From: an uncultured Sphingomonas sp.
GTDB lineage: Bacteria > Pseudomonadota > Alphaproteobacteria > Sphingomonadales > Sphingomonadaceae
Length of the DNA stretch: 64,000 nucleotides
Reading direction: 5' to 3'
NCBI GenBank assembly: GCA_964549965.1
Contig: CAZJXG010000002.1
Span: 1,027-65,026 of the forward strand
Positions 19,390 to 29,673 of this stretch are shown one piece after another. How positions within the stretch are numbered: the first letter of the stretch is position 1; the number at the start of each line of letters is the position of its first letter. The position numbers were made by a program, and so were the translations under genes. A model generated the notes under the pieces. The model saw only the letters and a program-made list of their open reading frames with translations, did not search any database and had not been told where the DNA came from.

Positions 19390-19523
19390 GGCGTTCGTCC
19401 CGGCTTTGCCTTGTGGCGGTTCCGCGCGGGGCCGCAGCACCACTCCTGGGTCTTCGTACCTGCCGTCACGGGCGGTGTATCGGCACCGCGGAGGCGTAAG
19501 CCCATGCGTGCGATCCTGAAGGG

Positions 19524-20990
19524 TCAGTAGGCGTTGCGGTCCCAGATCAGCCGCCACACCGTCTCAAGGATGATCCTTAGGTCAAGCAGCAGCGACCAGT
19601 TCTCGATATAATACATGTCATATTCGACGCGCCGCTTGGCGCGCTCGATCGTGGCAATCTCACCCCTCAGACCACGCACCTGGGCAAGGCCGGTGATGCC
19701 GGGCTTGACGCGATGGCGGGCCGCATAGCCGCGCACGGCCTCGAAATAATAATCGTCGCCTACCTTCATCTCGGTGGCGTGCGGGCGCGGGCCGACGATC
19801 GACATCTCGCCGGTCAGCACGTTGAACAACTGGGGCAGCTCGTCGATCGACAGGCGCCGGATGATTCGCCCGAACGGGGTGACGCGGGAGTCGCTGCGCG
19901 TCGTCCGCTCGGCGCCGCTGACATCCTGGCGATCGACATACATCGATCGGAATTTGAGCACGCTGATCCGGACATTGTTGAATCCGAACCGCTCCTGCCG
20001 GAACAGCGCCGGCCCCGGGCTGGTGAGCTTGATGATCAGCGCGGTAAGCAGCAACAGCGGCGACAGCAGGATCAGCCCGGCCAGCGCGAGCGTTCGGTCC
20101 TCGACCGCCTTGAGCAGCCGGTTGAAGTCACGCATCGGGCGCTGCCACAAGGCGAACAGGGGCAGCGAACCGATGAACCGCATCGTATATTGCTGGGACA
20201 GGTCGAGCGCTTCGCGCGGCATCATGCAGATATCGACCGAGACCTGCTGCAACCGCTCGGTAATCTGGTCTAGCCGGGTCTGGCTGATCATCGGCAGGGC
20301 GATGACGACCATGTCGACATCGCCCTGTGCGATCCGACGGACCAGTGCATCGAGCCCGCCCAGGAAAGGTACTTCCCACGGGGTGCTGCGTTCGATCCGG
20401 GTGGTCCGCTCGTCGGCAATCCCGACCACGCGGACATAGGGCAGCCGCTCCAGGTCGAGCAGCCGCAGCACCCGGTTGGAGCTGTCTTCCCCCGCGCCAT
20501 AGATGACTATGCGCTGGCCGATAAAGCCCGCCTGGACCAGATACCAGACCAGTTTGCGCACGACGAAGCGGCTGACGAACAACAGGCTGGGCGTGATGGT
20601 GAGATAGCAGAGCGCAAGGCCTGTCGAAAAAGGCTTGGCCGCGCCGAGCTGCCAGACCGTGGCGTAGACCAGCAACGCGGCCAGCAGAAATTCGAAGGCT
20701 ACGGCCTGGTCGCTGTCTCCCCCACGTCCCATCGGATGGGCGTAGCTGTTGCGGGATAGCCGGATCAGGAAGAAGTTCACCGAAATCACCACCGCGACGT
20801 TGACATGGCGTTCGATGAAATATTGCGGGCCGAGCAACAGCTCATAGGCGAGCGGCGCGAGCAGAGGCCCGAGGATCAGGCAGAACAGGTCAACCCCCAC
20901 GATGATCGTCGCGATCACGTTGGAGGTGAATCGATATTTGCGCGACCGGGGTTCCGAAGCCGCGATCTCCCCCCTTACCTTGCTCAGCAT
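19524..20990 (-). CDS. undecaprenyl-phosphate hexose-1-phosphate transferase (WbaP/EpsB-type initiating sugar transferase)
   Basis: 488 aa with N-terminal transmembrane segments and a C-terminal bacterial sugar transferase domain (RFGFNNVRISVLKFRSM, DELPQLFNVLTGEMSIVGPRP). Confidence 0.9.
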   Translation of the reverse strand: MLSKVRGEIAASEPRSRKYRFTSNVIATIIVGVDLFCLILGPLLAPLAYELLLGPQYFIERHVNVAVVISVNFFLIRLSRNSYAHPMGRGGDSDQAVAFEFLLAALLVYATVWQLGAAKPFSTGLALCYLTITPSLLFVSRFVVRKLVWYLVQAGFIGQRIVIYGAGEDSSNRVLRLLDLERLPYVRVVGIADERTTRIERSTPWEVPFLGGLDALVRRIAQGDVDMVVIALPMISQTRLDQITERLQQVSVDICMMPREALDLSQQYTMRFIGSLPLFALWQRPMRDFNRLLKAVEDRTLALAGLILLSPLLLLTALIIKLTSPGPALFRQERFGFNNVRISVLKFRSMYVDRQDVSGAERTTRSDSRVTPFGRIIRRLSIDELPQLFNVLTGEMSIVGPRPHATEMKVGDDYYFEAVRGYAARHRVKPGITGLAQVRGLRGEIATIERAKRRVEYDMYYIENWSLLLDLRIILETVWRLIWDRNAY

Positions 20991-22660
20991 GGCATGCTCG
21001 TCGTGCCACAGGATGGCGTCTCCTGCCCAGCGGGTATGTTCATCGCGCCGGAAGCCTTCCTCTTGTCCTCTTGTTCGCGCTTCGTGACCGCCGCCCTCAC
21101 CGCTGCGGCGAAGGCGGGCATACGCGCCTCGATCTTCTGCCGCACCTGCCGGGCGCCGACGACCTGGTCGAGCGCGTAGAGCGTCTCCGTCAGGCAGGGC
21201 TTGTCGTCAGCCGCAAGGCATAGTTCGGTCCGCACCTTCCATCCGGCCAGCATGCGGGGATTGTTGCGCGAGAAGCGCTTGGCGACCTCGCGCGCCATCG
21301 CCTCGCGCTGCGTGCCACGCAGATAATCGACATAGGCGGTCAGCATCTGGGCATTGTCGGGCAGCTCGTTCATGGCCCGCGCGAAAGCGGCATCGGCCAG
21401 GATTTTTTCGTTGCGGCGCACATAGATGCCGGCCAGCGCCACCCGCCCTTCGGCCATGCCGGGGTTGTCGCGTACCAACGTCTGGGCATCGTTCAGCGCG
21501 CGGGCGAGGTCGCCGGAGGCAACCGATACCCGTACCTGCATGAGCAACGCGCGCGGATTGCTCGGATCGAATTTCAACACTTTGTCCACCATCGCCAGGG
21601 CTTCGGAGCTGCGCCCCAGGCCGGCAAGCGCCCCGGCATAGAGAACGTCGGCTTCGACCTTCGCCGCGCTGACCTCCCCCTTGTCGACATGCGGCCGCAG
21701 CACCGCCTCGACATCGGCATATCGCTTCTGATCGAGCAGCAGATGGCCCAGCGCTACCTTCATCGACGCATCGCCGGTGGTCGCCACGAAGCGCTGCACT
21801 GCGTCGACATCGACACGGTCGCTGCCCACTTCGGTCCACAGATCGACGATCCGCTGCTCTATCGCGGGATCGCCGCGGTGCCGCCGGCTCAGCCGGGCGA
21901 GCATGCCCAGCGCACGATCGGGCCGGCCGCGCTCATAGAGCAGCTTGGCATATTCCAGCCGGAGATCGGCATTGCCGGGCTGCAGCGCGAAGAGCCGGGC
22001 AAAGCTGCGCGCGACGCGCGGGAAATCGTCCCGCCCCGTATAGAGATCGAGCAGCGCCATCAGCTTGCCGACCGATTCCCCATCTTTGGCGATCGATGTC
22101 TCGAGCAGCGTGATCGCCGGCTCGCGGTCGCCACCCATGTTGATAACCCGCGCGAGCAAAATGGTGGCACCCTCATTCGTCGGATCGATCGAGAGCATCC
22201 GCTCAGCGATTTCGCGCGCCTTGGGAATCTGGCGCCGGCTCGCCGCCACAGCGCCCTTGACGAGCAGCATCCGCAGCGAACGCGGCTGATGCTCCAATAT
22301 CTTGTCGGCAAGCCGCTCGGCATCTTCGAATGATCCGGCCGAATAGGACAGCTCGGCCATCGTCTGCATCGCTTCGTCATTGTCGGGATCGAGTTCGACG
22401 ACACGGGCATAGGCCTGATAGGCTTCCAGATAATGGCCATCGGCCAGCTCGACCCGCGCGAGCCTGGCCCAATATTCCGGCACGTCATCCTGTGCGCCGA
22501 TCGCGCGCTTGATCTCGATCCGCGCCGAATAGAGATCGCGCCGGGCGTAGAAGACATCGGCGCGAACGGCAGCTTTCTCGGCGCGCTGCTCCGACGAACC
22601 GCATGCGGCGAGCACGAACAGCGCCGCTGCCGCCACAATGCGTGCCACAACCGAAGCCAT
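20984..22660 (-). CDS. TPR-repeat lipoprotein (PrsT-like, PEP-CTERM system associated)
   Basis: Start at MASVVARIVAAAALFVLAACG (lipobox), followed by repeated TPR helices. Its stop overlaps the sugar transferase start (ATGCTGA). Confidence 0.75.
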   Translation of the reverse strand: MASVVARIVAAAALFVLAACGSSEQRAEKAAVRADVFYARRDLYSARIEIKRAIGAQDDVPEYWARLARVELADGHYLEAYQAYARVVELDPDNDEAMQTMAELSYSAGSFEDAERLADKILEHQPRSLRMLLVKGAVAASRRQIPKAREIAERMLSIDPTNEGATILLARVINMGGDREPAITLLETSIAKDGESVGKLMALLDLYTGRDDFPRVARSFARLFALQPGNADLRLEYAKLLYERGRPDRALGMLARLSRRHRGDPAIEQRIVDLWTEVGSDRVDVDAVQRFVATTGDASMKVALGHLLLDQKRYADVEAVLRPHVDKGEVSAAKVEADVLYAGALAGLGRSSEALAMVDKVLKFDPSNPRALLMQVRVSVASGDLARALNDAQTLVRDNPGMAEGRVALAGIYVRRNEKILADAAFARAMNELPDNAQMLTAYVDYLRGTQREAMAREVAKRFSRNNPRMLAGWKVRTELCLAADDKPCLTETLYALDQVVGARQVRQKIEARMPAFAAAVRAAVTKREQEDKRKASGAMNIPAGQETPSCGTTSMPC

Positions 22661-22734
22661 CTCTTGCCAGCCGCCCCTTTCCGTCTGATTACACCCGGGT
22701 GGACCTACGCGATCAATAGGGCAAAGCGTAAACA

Positions 22735-23739
22735 ATGTTCCGGACCGATGTCGCAGTGGTGGTAATCGGCCGCAATGAAGGCGCCCGGCTCGATCGCAGC
22801 CTGGCCTCGGCCAGCCGGTATCGCACCATCTATGTCGATTCCGGATCCGAAGACGGCAGCCCCGATCGTGCACGGGCGGCAGGTGCCGAAGTGATCGAGC
22901 TTGAGCCGGCCAGCGGCTATTCGGCCGCACGCGGGCGTAATGCGGGGATCATTCAGGCACTGGCCGACCCCGCGATCCGGTATATCCAGGTGCTCGATGG
23001 CGATTGCGCGCTCGATCCTGACTGGATTTCAACCGGAGCGGCGGCGCTCGATGGGGATTCGGGCCTGGGCGCGGCGTTCGGCCAACTGCGTGAATGCGAT
23101 CCCGATCTGTCGATCTACAGCTGGATGTGCGATGTCGAGTGGGCGGTCCCCGCGGGGCCTGCCGGCGTCTTCGGCGGCAGCGTGCTGTTCCGGGCCTCGG
23201 CATTGCGCGCCACCGGGGGCTATCGCGCCGGGATGATCGCGGGAGAGGACCCCGACTTCGCGATCCGGATGCGCGCCGCCGGCTGGCGGCTGCTCTGCCT
23301 CGCCGCAACGATGGCAACGCATGATTCCTCAATGACCCGCTTCAGCCAATGGTGGCGGCGGACGATGCGCGCCGGCCATGCCTTTGCCGAACTGGCCGAC
23401 CGCCACCGCAATTCGCCGCTCCACAGCTTCGCCCGCAACGAGTTGCGCATCCTGTTCTGGGCGGGCGTGGTGCCCGCACTCTTCTTGGGAGGATTGCTGC
23501 TCGCTGCCATGGGCCATTCCCGCTGGGGCCTGCTGGCGCCGGGTGCGATGTTGCTCGTCGCAGCGCAGATCCTTCGCGTCGCTCTGTGCGAACGCCGCCA
23601 TCATCCATTCCGCCGCGCCTGGGCGCTCAGCCTGTTTCTGGCGATCGGCAAATATGCCGAGATGATAGGGCTGATGCGCTATCATTTCGACCAGCGCTTT
23701 CTGCGGCGCGGCCGGCTGATCGAGTATAAGGCGCCATGA
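22735..23739 (+). CDS. family-2 glycosyltransferase
   Basis: VAVVVIGRNEG, and a DxD-like VLDGDC motif, with C-terminal membrane helices. Confidence 0.8.
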   Translation: MFRTDVAVVVIGRNEGARLDRSLASASRYRTIYVDSGSEDGSPDRARAAGAEVIELEPASGYSAARGRNAGIIQALADPAIRYIQVLDGDCALDPDWISTGAAALDGDSGLGAAFGQLRECDPDLSIYSWMCDVEWAVPAGPAGVFGGSVLFRASALRATGGYRAGMIAGEDPDFAIRMRAAGWRLLCLAATMATHDSSMTRFSQWWRRTMRAGHAFAELADRHRNSPLHSFARNELRILFWAGVVPALFLGGLLLAAMGHSRWGLLAPGAMLLVAAQILRVALCERRHHPFRRAWALSLFLAIGKYAEMIGLMRYHFDQRFLRRGRLIEYKAP

Positions 23740-24869
23740 TCGAGGCCGCCGCCTGGGCGTTGCTGATCGTCTCGGCCTGGCCGGCCCTGGTGCTGGCGAC
23801 CGAGCTGCTCGCGGCGCAATTGCCCGCTCGGCGTATCCCGGCCGGCGGCTCGCCGTCGATTGCCATCATCATCCCGGCACATGACGAGGCCGCCGGCATC
23901 AGCCATGCGGTAGACGCCGCGCGATCCGCCGCGCCGGCGCATACAAGGCTGCTCGTCGTCGCGGACAATTGCAGCGACGACAGCGCCGCACGGGCCCGAG
24001 CGGCAGGTGCCGAAACGATCGAGCGGCATGATCCGATGCAACGCGGCAAGGGCTATGCGCTCGGCTTCGCGCGCCGCCATCTGGCTGATGATCCGCCCGA
24101 CGTTGTGATCGTCCTCGATGCCGACTGCATGATCGCGGACGATGGCATCGCGCATCTCGCCGCGGCGGCGCAGGCGCTGGGGCGCCCGGTCCAGTCGGCA
24201 TATCTGATGCGGCCCCGGCCGGAGCGCGGCGCGCTGGTGGGCCTGTCCGGCTTCGCGTTCCTGCTGCGCAACCTTGTCCGCCAGCGCGGGCTGGCCCGGC
24301 TCGCCGCGCCCGCCCTGCTCACCGGATCGGGCATGGCCTTTCCGTGGAGCGCCTTCGCCGCGGCCCCGCTGGACAGCGACGATCTGGTGGAGGACCTTGC
24401 GATCGGCATAGCCCTCGCACGGGTGGGCCTTGCCCCGGCTTTCCTCGACGACGTAGTGACCCTGTCCGATCCCGCGCGGCGCTCCGCCACTCTGACCCAG
24501 CGAGCGCGGTGGGAACAGGGGTTTCTGCACACCGCGCGACGCGCGGCACCGCCGCTGATCTGCGCCGGCCGCTGGCCATTATTCTGGCTCGGCCTTCACC
24601 TGACCGTGCCGCCGCTCGCCCTGCTCATGCTGGTTGACCTGGGTGCGCTGCTGCTGCTCGACGCCACGTCCCTGCCCTTTGCGATTCTTGCCGCCCTGCT
24701 CGGACTGCTCGGGCTTCTGCTGCTGCTGAGCTGGGCGAGATTCGGCCGCCGGCAGCTCCCGGCCCGCCAGCTGCTGCTGATCCCATTATACATGATCTGG
24801 AAACTGCCGCTCTATGCTGCCGCCCTGCTGCGCCCGGAAAAGCGCTGGGTGCGGACCGACCGCGACTAG
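23736..24869 (+). CDS. family-2 glycosyltransferase, membrane-embedded (processive-type architecture)
   Basis: IAIIIPAHDE, VVADNCSDD and LDADC motifs, with transmembrane helices on both sides. Overlaps the upstream GT2 gene by 4 nt. Confidence 0.8.
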   Translation: MIEAAAWALLIVSAWPALVLATELLAAQLPARRIPAGGSPSIAIIIPAHDEAAGISHAVDAARSAAPAHTRLLVVADNCSDDSAARARAAGAETIERHDPMQRGKGYALGFARRHLADDPPDVVIVLDADCMIADDGIAHLAAAAQALGRPVQSAYLMRPRPERGALVGLSGFAFLLRNLVRQRGLARLAAPALLTGSGMAFPWSAFAAAPLDSDDLVEDLAIGIALARVGLAPAFLDDVVTLSDPARRSATLTQRARWEQGFLHTARRAAPPLICAGRWPLFWLGLHLTVPPLALLMLVDLGALLLLDATSLPFAILAALLGLLGLLLLLSWARFGRRQLPARQLLLIPLYMIWKLPLYAAALLRPEKRWVRTDRD

Positions 24870-26239
24870 GGCTGGCCGATAATCGCCAAGCCGGCCATGA
24901 CGACATGGGGCGCCCAGAGCAGGCTGATCCCCGTCCCTACCACCGCTCCGCCAAAGAGCATGGCATAATAGAGCATGTGGATCTGTGCCCGGAACAGGCC
25001 CGCGCCGCGCAACAGCGCGATCGTGTAGAGCAAGGCGCCCAGTTCGGCGAGGGTGAGCGCCAGCGGAAGGGCCAGCGGACCGATCGGTCGGAACAGCGCG
25101 GCCACCCACAGCGCGAACAGGAGCAGGCGGATCAGATTCGCACGCAACAGCGGACTGGTCCGCCCCATCGCTAGCACCGTCTGGATGTTGGTGAAGCTAT
25201 CCAGATCGAACGCCATGCGCAGCAGCATCACCGATAAATAGATCCAGCCATATTCGTAGCGATGATCGAACAGCAGCCGGAACAGCGCGGGTGCGAAGCC
25301 GATGCCAAATCCCAGGCCGGCGAACAGCAGCAGGTAGAGGCGGGTGCGCGCCGCGTAGAACACCCCGCCCAGCGCGGCCGGCGTCTCGTTCCAGACGCGC
25401 GAGACCAGCGGGAAGAAATAGCGCTCCACATAGTTGCGCCCAAACGGCTGGACCGCCAGCGCGAGATTGGCGGGCAGCATGTAGACGCCGAAATCGGCGA
25501 CGGTGAACAGCCTGGCGAACAGAATCTTGTCCGACTGGGTGATCAGCAGCGTGACGACCGTCGAGGCCATGATCCAGCGCGAAAAGCCGAGGAACTCGCG
25601 CACCAGTCCATGGTCCCATGCCGGGCGCGAGCCGCCGCCGATGATCAGATATGTGAGCCCGATCCGCGCGACCGCGCTGACATAGAGGCCGATCACCAGC
25701 GCGCGATAATCCGGCATCACCAGCGTGAGCGCCAGATTGGCGCCGATCTGGATGACGAGCGCGATCAATTCGACCGCACAGGTGGCCCGTACCCGCCCCT
25801 CGCGCTGAGCGAGCAGCAGCGACATCGGGCAGAGCGCGTTGAGCAGAAAAAGTGGCGCGGTCGCCGCGATCGGCGCGGCCAGCTCGGGCTTGCCGAGGAA
25901 CAGGGCTATCGGCCACGCGCACGCTAGCATCGCCGCCGTCTGGAGCCCCGACTGCCCCAGCCGGATCGTCCAGATCACATTGAGGAAATGCCGGTCGGCG
26001 CCCTTCCGGTGACGGATCACGAAATCGAATACGCCGAGATCGGACAGCATCGTCAGCACGATCATAACCGACACGATCACGCCGACGACGCCAAACGCCT
26101 GCGGATCGAGCAGCCGGGTGAGAACGATATTTCCACCGAGCCGCAACAGAATCGTCGCGGCGGTAAAGGCGATCAGCATCGTCCCCGCACCGCTGCGGGC
26201 GAGGCGGCTGCTCCAGTCCCGGATCGCTCCGCCACTCAT
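24866..26239 (-). CDS. oligosaccharide flippase (Wzx/MOP family)
   Basis: 457 aa with about 12 or more hydrophobic helices and a polysaccharide-biosynthesis-protein N-terminus (NIVLTRLLDPQAFG). Confidence 0.75.
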   Translation of the reverse strand: MSGGAIRDWSSRLARSGAGTMLIAFTAATILLRLGGNIVLTRLLDPQAFGVVGVIVSVMIVLTMLSDLGVFDFVIRHRKGADRHFLNVIWTIRLGQSGLQTAAMLACAWPIALFLGKPELAAPIAATAPLFLLNALCPMSLLLAQREGRVRATCAVELIALVIQIGANLALTLVMPDYRALVIGLYVSAVARIGLTYLIIGGGSRPAWDHGLVREFLGFSRWIMASTVVTLLITQSDKILFARLFTVADFGVYMLPANLALAVQPFGRNYVERYFFPLVSRVWNETPAALGGVFYAARTRLYLLLFAGLGFGIGFAPALFRLLFDHRYEYGWIYLSVMLLRMAFDLDSFTNIQTVLAMGRTSPLLRANLIRLLLFALWVAALFRPIGPLALPLALTLAELGALLYTIALLRGAGLFRAQIHMLYYAMLFGGAVVGTGISLLWAPHVVMAGLAIIGQP

Positions 26240-27735
26240 CGCAGCGCGGGCAGCCGCTCGCCCTCCTCGACGGGCGCAGTGGCGACCAGGGGCACCGGCG
26301 CGGTCCGTCGCGCGCGATGCGTGGCGGACAGCTCCGTGCGCAGCGCGACCAGCAGCGCGACCATGACGAAGCTCATCTGCATCGGCGCGACCCAGCTGCT
26401 GACCAGCGCAAGCGACAGCAGCAGCGCCGCCTGGGTCGCGATGAGCACCCGCGCGAGAATGAGGTGCTCGGGATCAGGATCGAGCCGCCGGATCGCCCGA
26501 TAATGCGGGAAGGCGGAGAGCAGGAAGAGGATGTAGAGGACGAGCGACACCATGCCGCCCTCGACGATCAGCGCCAGATAGACATTGACCAGATCGACGA
26601 TACCCTGGCCCTGAATGAAGATATCGAGCAGGCCCTCGCCCACCGCCTCGCGGTAGCCGAACCAGACATGGCTGCCGAGCGCCCGAGGTACGCCGGTGAT
26701 CAGCCCCAGGCGATAATCGGTGGAGAATTGCGCGTCGGCGCCGCCAAGGATCGGCAGGCCGACCAGCACCGCCAGACCGGCAAGCGGCGTGGCCACCGCC
26801 AGCAGATAGCGGCCGCGCAGCATCTGATAGACCATGATGCCGACCGCCAGCGCGACGAGGCCCGATCGGGACAGGGTGGCCGCCAGGCCGCCGACCGTCG
26901 CCAGGCCGAGGAAGGCCAGCGGCCCCGACCGGCCCCGCAGCTGCCACAATCCCCAGGCCCCGATCGCGGCCAGACCCAGCATCGCCCCGCCCGTCAGCGG
27001 GTGGGCGAACGGCCCATAGGCGCGCGAGATGCCGCCCCGCAGCAGCCAGACGCGCGGAGAATCGATCGTCCACAGATCCCGCTTGACCCCCATGATCCCC
27101 GAATAAAGCGGCCAGGACCGGACCGTCTCGAACAGGCAGAGCAGCCCCGCCGCCGCCGCGCCGAACAGCATCAGCCGGAGCAGCAGTTCAGGCCGCGCGA
27201 TCCGCGTCCGCGATAATATCTGGTAGGTCAGCAGATAGGGCACGAAATAGGTGAAGATATTGCGTGCGATCGTGGTCGGCGGGGCGCGCAGCGACATGCA
27301 AGCGCAGAAGGCCAGTATGAAGAGCAGCATATAGATGTCGCTCATCTCCAACCGGCGGCGAAGATGGTTTTCGGGATGGATGAGATAGCCGAGCAGCAGC
27401 GCCAGCGAGAAGAAGAAGAAAGGCGTGATCGGCGCGATATAGGCGCCCGCCACCGCAAGCAATGATCCCGCCGCCGGCGTCCAGAAGAAAAAGAACAGCC
27501 AGCTTCCCGCCATCGGCACCCGCCGATCGAAGCAGGCGACCAGCAGCAGCATGAAGACGAGCTGGGTCCACAACATCGGCAGTGCCGAAACGGCGAGGCA
27601 GGCAACCAGGGTGGCGCAGATCACGAGCCGGGCGACATAGCGTTTCTCCCAGCGCTCGCGGACGAGCATCGTCATCGGCCAGGTGGCGATAGCCAGCAGC
27701 CCGACCAGTACGACAGCGCTCTTCCAGAGAAACAT
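26236..27735 (-). CDS. O-antigen ligase/Wzy-like polysaccharide polymerase
   Basis: 499 aa polytopic protein with a Wzy_C-like loop region (SRSGLVALAVG). Overlaps the wzx start by 4 nt. Confidence 0.65.
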   Translation of the reverse strand: MFLWKSAVVLVGLLAIATWPMTMLVRERWEKRYVARLVICATLVACLAVSALPMLWTQLVFMLLLVACFDRRVPMAGSWLFFFFWTPAAGSLLAVAGAYIAPITPFFFFSLALLLGYLIHPENHLRRRLEMSDIYMLLFILAFCACMSLRAPPTTIARNIFTYFVPYLLTYQILSRTRIARPELLLRLMLFGAAAAGLLCLFETVRSWPLYSGIMGVKRDLWTIDSPRVWLLRGGISRAYGPFAHPLTGGAMLGLAAIGAWGLWQLRGRSGPLAFLGLATVGGLAATLSRSGLVALAVGIMVYQMLRGRYLLAVATPLAGLAVLVGLPILGGADAQFSTDYRLGLITGVPRALGSHVWFGYREAVGEGLLDIFIQGQGIVDLVNVYLALIVEGGMVSLVLYILFLLSAFPHYRAIRRLDPDPEHLILARVLIATQAALLLSLALVSSWVAPMQMSFVMVALLVALRTELSATHRARRTAPVPLVATAPVEEGERLPALR

Positions 27736-27832
27736 CGGGCCCCACGTCCGTCAAACCTGCCCGCCCCTCATCAAGCCAGAGACGGCCAAGGTAAAGAAGG
27801 AATGGCTTGATCCGCCCGCAATCTATCCCCAA

Positions 27833-28411
27833 ATGACGCTCATGCTTATAGAAACCGAGCCGACGCCCAATCCGGCGACCCTGAAATTCCTGCCGGGCCG
27901 GGCGGTAATGAGCGCTGGAACGCGCGACTTCGCCGATCCGGAAGAAGCCGGAGCCTCGCCGCTGGCCGAGGCCCTCTTCTCGCTCGGCGACGTGTCGGGC
28001 GTGTTTTTCGGTAAGGATTTCGTTTCCGTCACGGCCGCCGAAGGCTCCGAATGGCACGGGCTGAAGCCCCAGGTGCTCAGTGTGCTGCTCGATCATTTCT
28101 CGTCCGAGGCACCGCTGTTCCGCCCAGGCAGTGCGACCGACATCGCCATCGATGATAGCGATTTCGAGGAAGATCCGGCGGATGCCGACATCGTCGCCCA
28201 GATCCGGGATCTGATCGATACGCGCGTCCGGCCCGCAGTCGCCAAGGATGGCGGCGACATCATCTATCGCGGCTTCCAGCGCGGCACCGTCTATCTGGCG
28301 ATGCAGGGCGCCTGTTCGGGCTGTCCTTCATCGGCCGCGACCCTGAAGCAGGGCATCGAGACCCTGCTCAAGCATTATGTGCCCGAAGTCACGGAGGTCC
28401 GGGCCGCCTGA
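27833..28411 (+). CDS. NifU/Nfu family Fe-S cluster assembly protein
   Basis: Nfu_N motif (TPNPATLKF) plus NifU C-terminal CxxC (GACSGCPSS). Confidence 0.9.
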   Translation: MTLMLIETEPTPNPATLKFLPGRAVMSAGTRDFADPEEAGASPLAEALFSLGDVSGVFFGKDFVSVTAAEGSEWHGLKPQVLSVLLDHFSSEAPLFRPGSATDIAIDDSDFEEDPADADIVAQIRDLIDTRVRPAVAKDGGDIIYRGFQRGTVYLAMQGACSGCPSSAATLKQGIETLLKHYVPEVTEVRAA

Positions 28412-28449
28412 GGCCGGATTCCAGCAGCCGAACTCAAGGGGGATTATCG

Positions 28450-29052
28450 ATGGGCGAACCTTTGTCCGAAGCCGGACTGGACACGCTGTTCCGCGCGGCG
28501 CGCAGTTATAACGGCTATCTCGACAAGCCGGTCAGCGAAGATCAGCTTCGCCAGATCTGGGATCTGATGAAGTTCGGCCCGACCTCGGCCAACCTCTTCC
28601 CGGTGCGTATCATCTGGTGCGTCAGCGAGGACGCCAAGACGCGGCTCGCCGGGCTCGTGTCGGGGAACAACAATGACAAGGTGCTGAAGGCGCCGGTCAC
28701 CGCGATCCTGGGCATGGACACCAAATTCTACGACCATGCGCCCCGGCTGTTCCCCGTCGCCGATGCGCGCAGCTGGTTCGTCGACGAACAGGGCAATGTC
28801 GGCGCGCATGCCGAGCCTACTGCCTTTCGCAACAGTTCGCTCCAGGGCGCCTATTTCATCATGGCGGCCCGCGCGATCGGGCTCGACACCGGACCGATGT
28901 CGGGCTTCGACAATGCCGCGGTCGACGCGGAGTTTTTCGGCGGCACCACGATCAAATCCAATTTCATCTCGACCCTCGGCTATGGCGATCCGGCATCGAT
29001 CTTCGATCGCCTGCCCCGGCCGGCGTTCGGGGAATTCACGCAGATCGCCTGA
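28450..29052 (+). CDS. nitroreductase family protein, RutE-like malonic semialdehyde reductase
   Basis: 200 aa containing RSYNGYLDKPVS and KFGPTSAN. Confidence 0.7.
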   Translation: MGEPLSEAGLDTLFRAARSYNGYLDKPVSEDQLRQIWDLMKFGPTSANLFPVRIIWCVSEDAKTRLAGLVSGNNNDKVLKAPVTAILGMDTKFYDHAPRLFPVADARSWFVDEQGNVGAHAEPTAFRNSSLQGAYFIMAARAIGLDTGPMSGFDNAAVDAEFFGGTTIKSNFISTLGYGDPASIFDRLPRPAFGEFTQIA

Positions 29053-29061
29053 ATCGGGCCG

Positions 29062-29673
29062 ATGCAGCGCACGCTGGTGATCGATACCGCCACCGCCGCA
29101 TGCTCGGTGGCGCTGATCGCGGCGGGCTCGCTCCTCGCCGAGACCTATGAAGAGGTCGGCCGCGGCCATGCCGAGCGGCTGATGCCGATGATCGCGGCGC
29201 TCCCCGATGGCGGACGCGCCGACGCGATCCTGGTCGATTGCGGGCCGGGCAGCTTCACGGGAATCCGGGTCGGCATTGCCGCCGCCCGCGCGCTGGGGCT
29301 TGGCTGGGGTGTACCTGTCCATGGTTTCAGCTCCACCGCCCTGATCGCCGCGGCGGCCGGCGATGCGGAGGAGATGATCGGTATCGCGCTGGTCGGCGGC
29401 CATGGCGAATTGTTCGTCCAGCGCTACGCCACCCGGCCGCTTGCCGCGCTGACCGGGCTTGCATCGTTGGCGCCGATCGCCGCGGCGCTGGCCTTGCCCG
29501 ATGCATTGATCTTTGGATCGGGAGCGGCGCAGCTCGTTGCAGCACGAGGCAGCGGGACGGCGCATGACCGCCTGCCCCGCGCCGCCGATGCGCGGCAGCT
29601 GCCGCCGGCCCTCGCCGCCCTGCCGCCGAGCCCGATATATGGCCGCGCCGCCGATGCGAAGCCGGCCGCATGA
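29062..29673 (+). CDS. tsaB: tRNA t6A biosynthesis protein TsaB
   Basis: LVIDTATAACSVAL and GPGSFTGIRVG motifs. Confidence 0.85.
   Translation: MQRTLVIDTATAACSVALIAAGSLLAETYEEVGRGHAERLMPMIAALPDGGRADAILVDCGPGSFTGIRVGIAAARALGLGWGVPVHGFSSTALIAAAAGDAEEMIGIALVGGHGELFVQRYATRPLAALTGLASLAPIAAALALPDALIFGSGAAQLVAARGSGTAHDRLPRAADARQLPPALAALPPSPIYGRAADAKPAA

Noticed and set aside
28444-29565. 373-aa minus-strand ORF across rutE-like and tsaB
   Set aside because: It runs antisense to two motif-supported genes and is an Arg/Gly/Asp-rich artefact.
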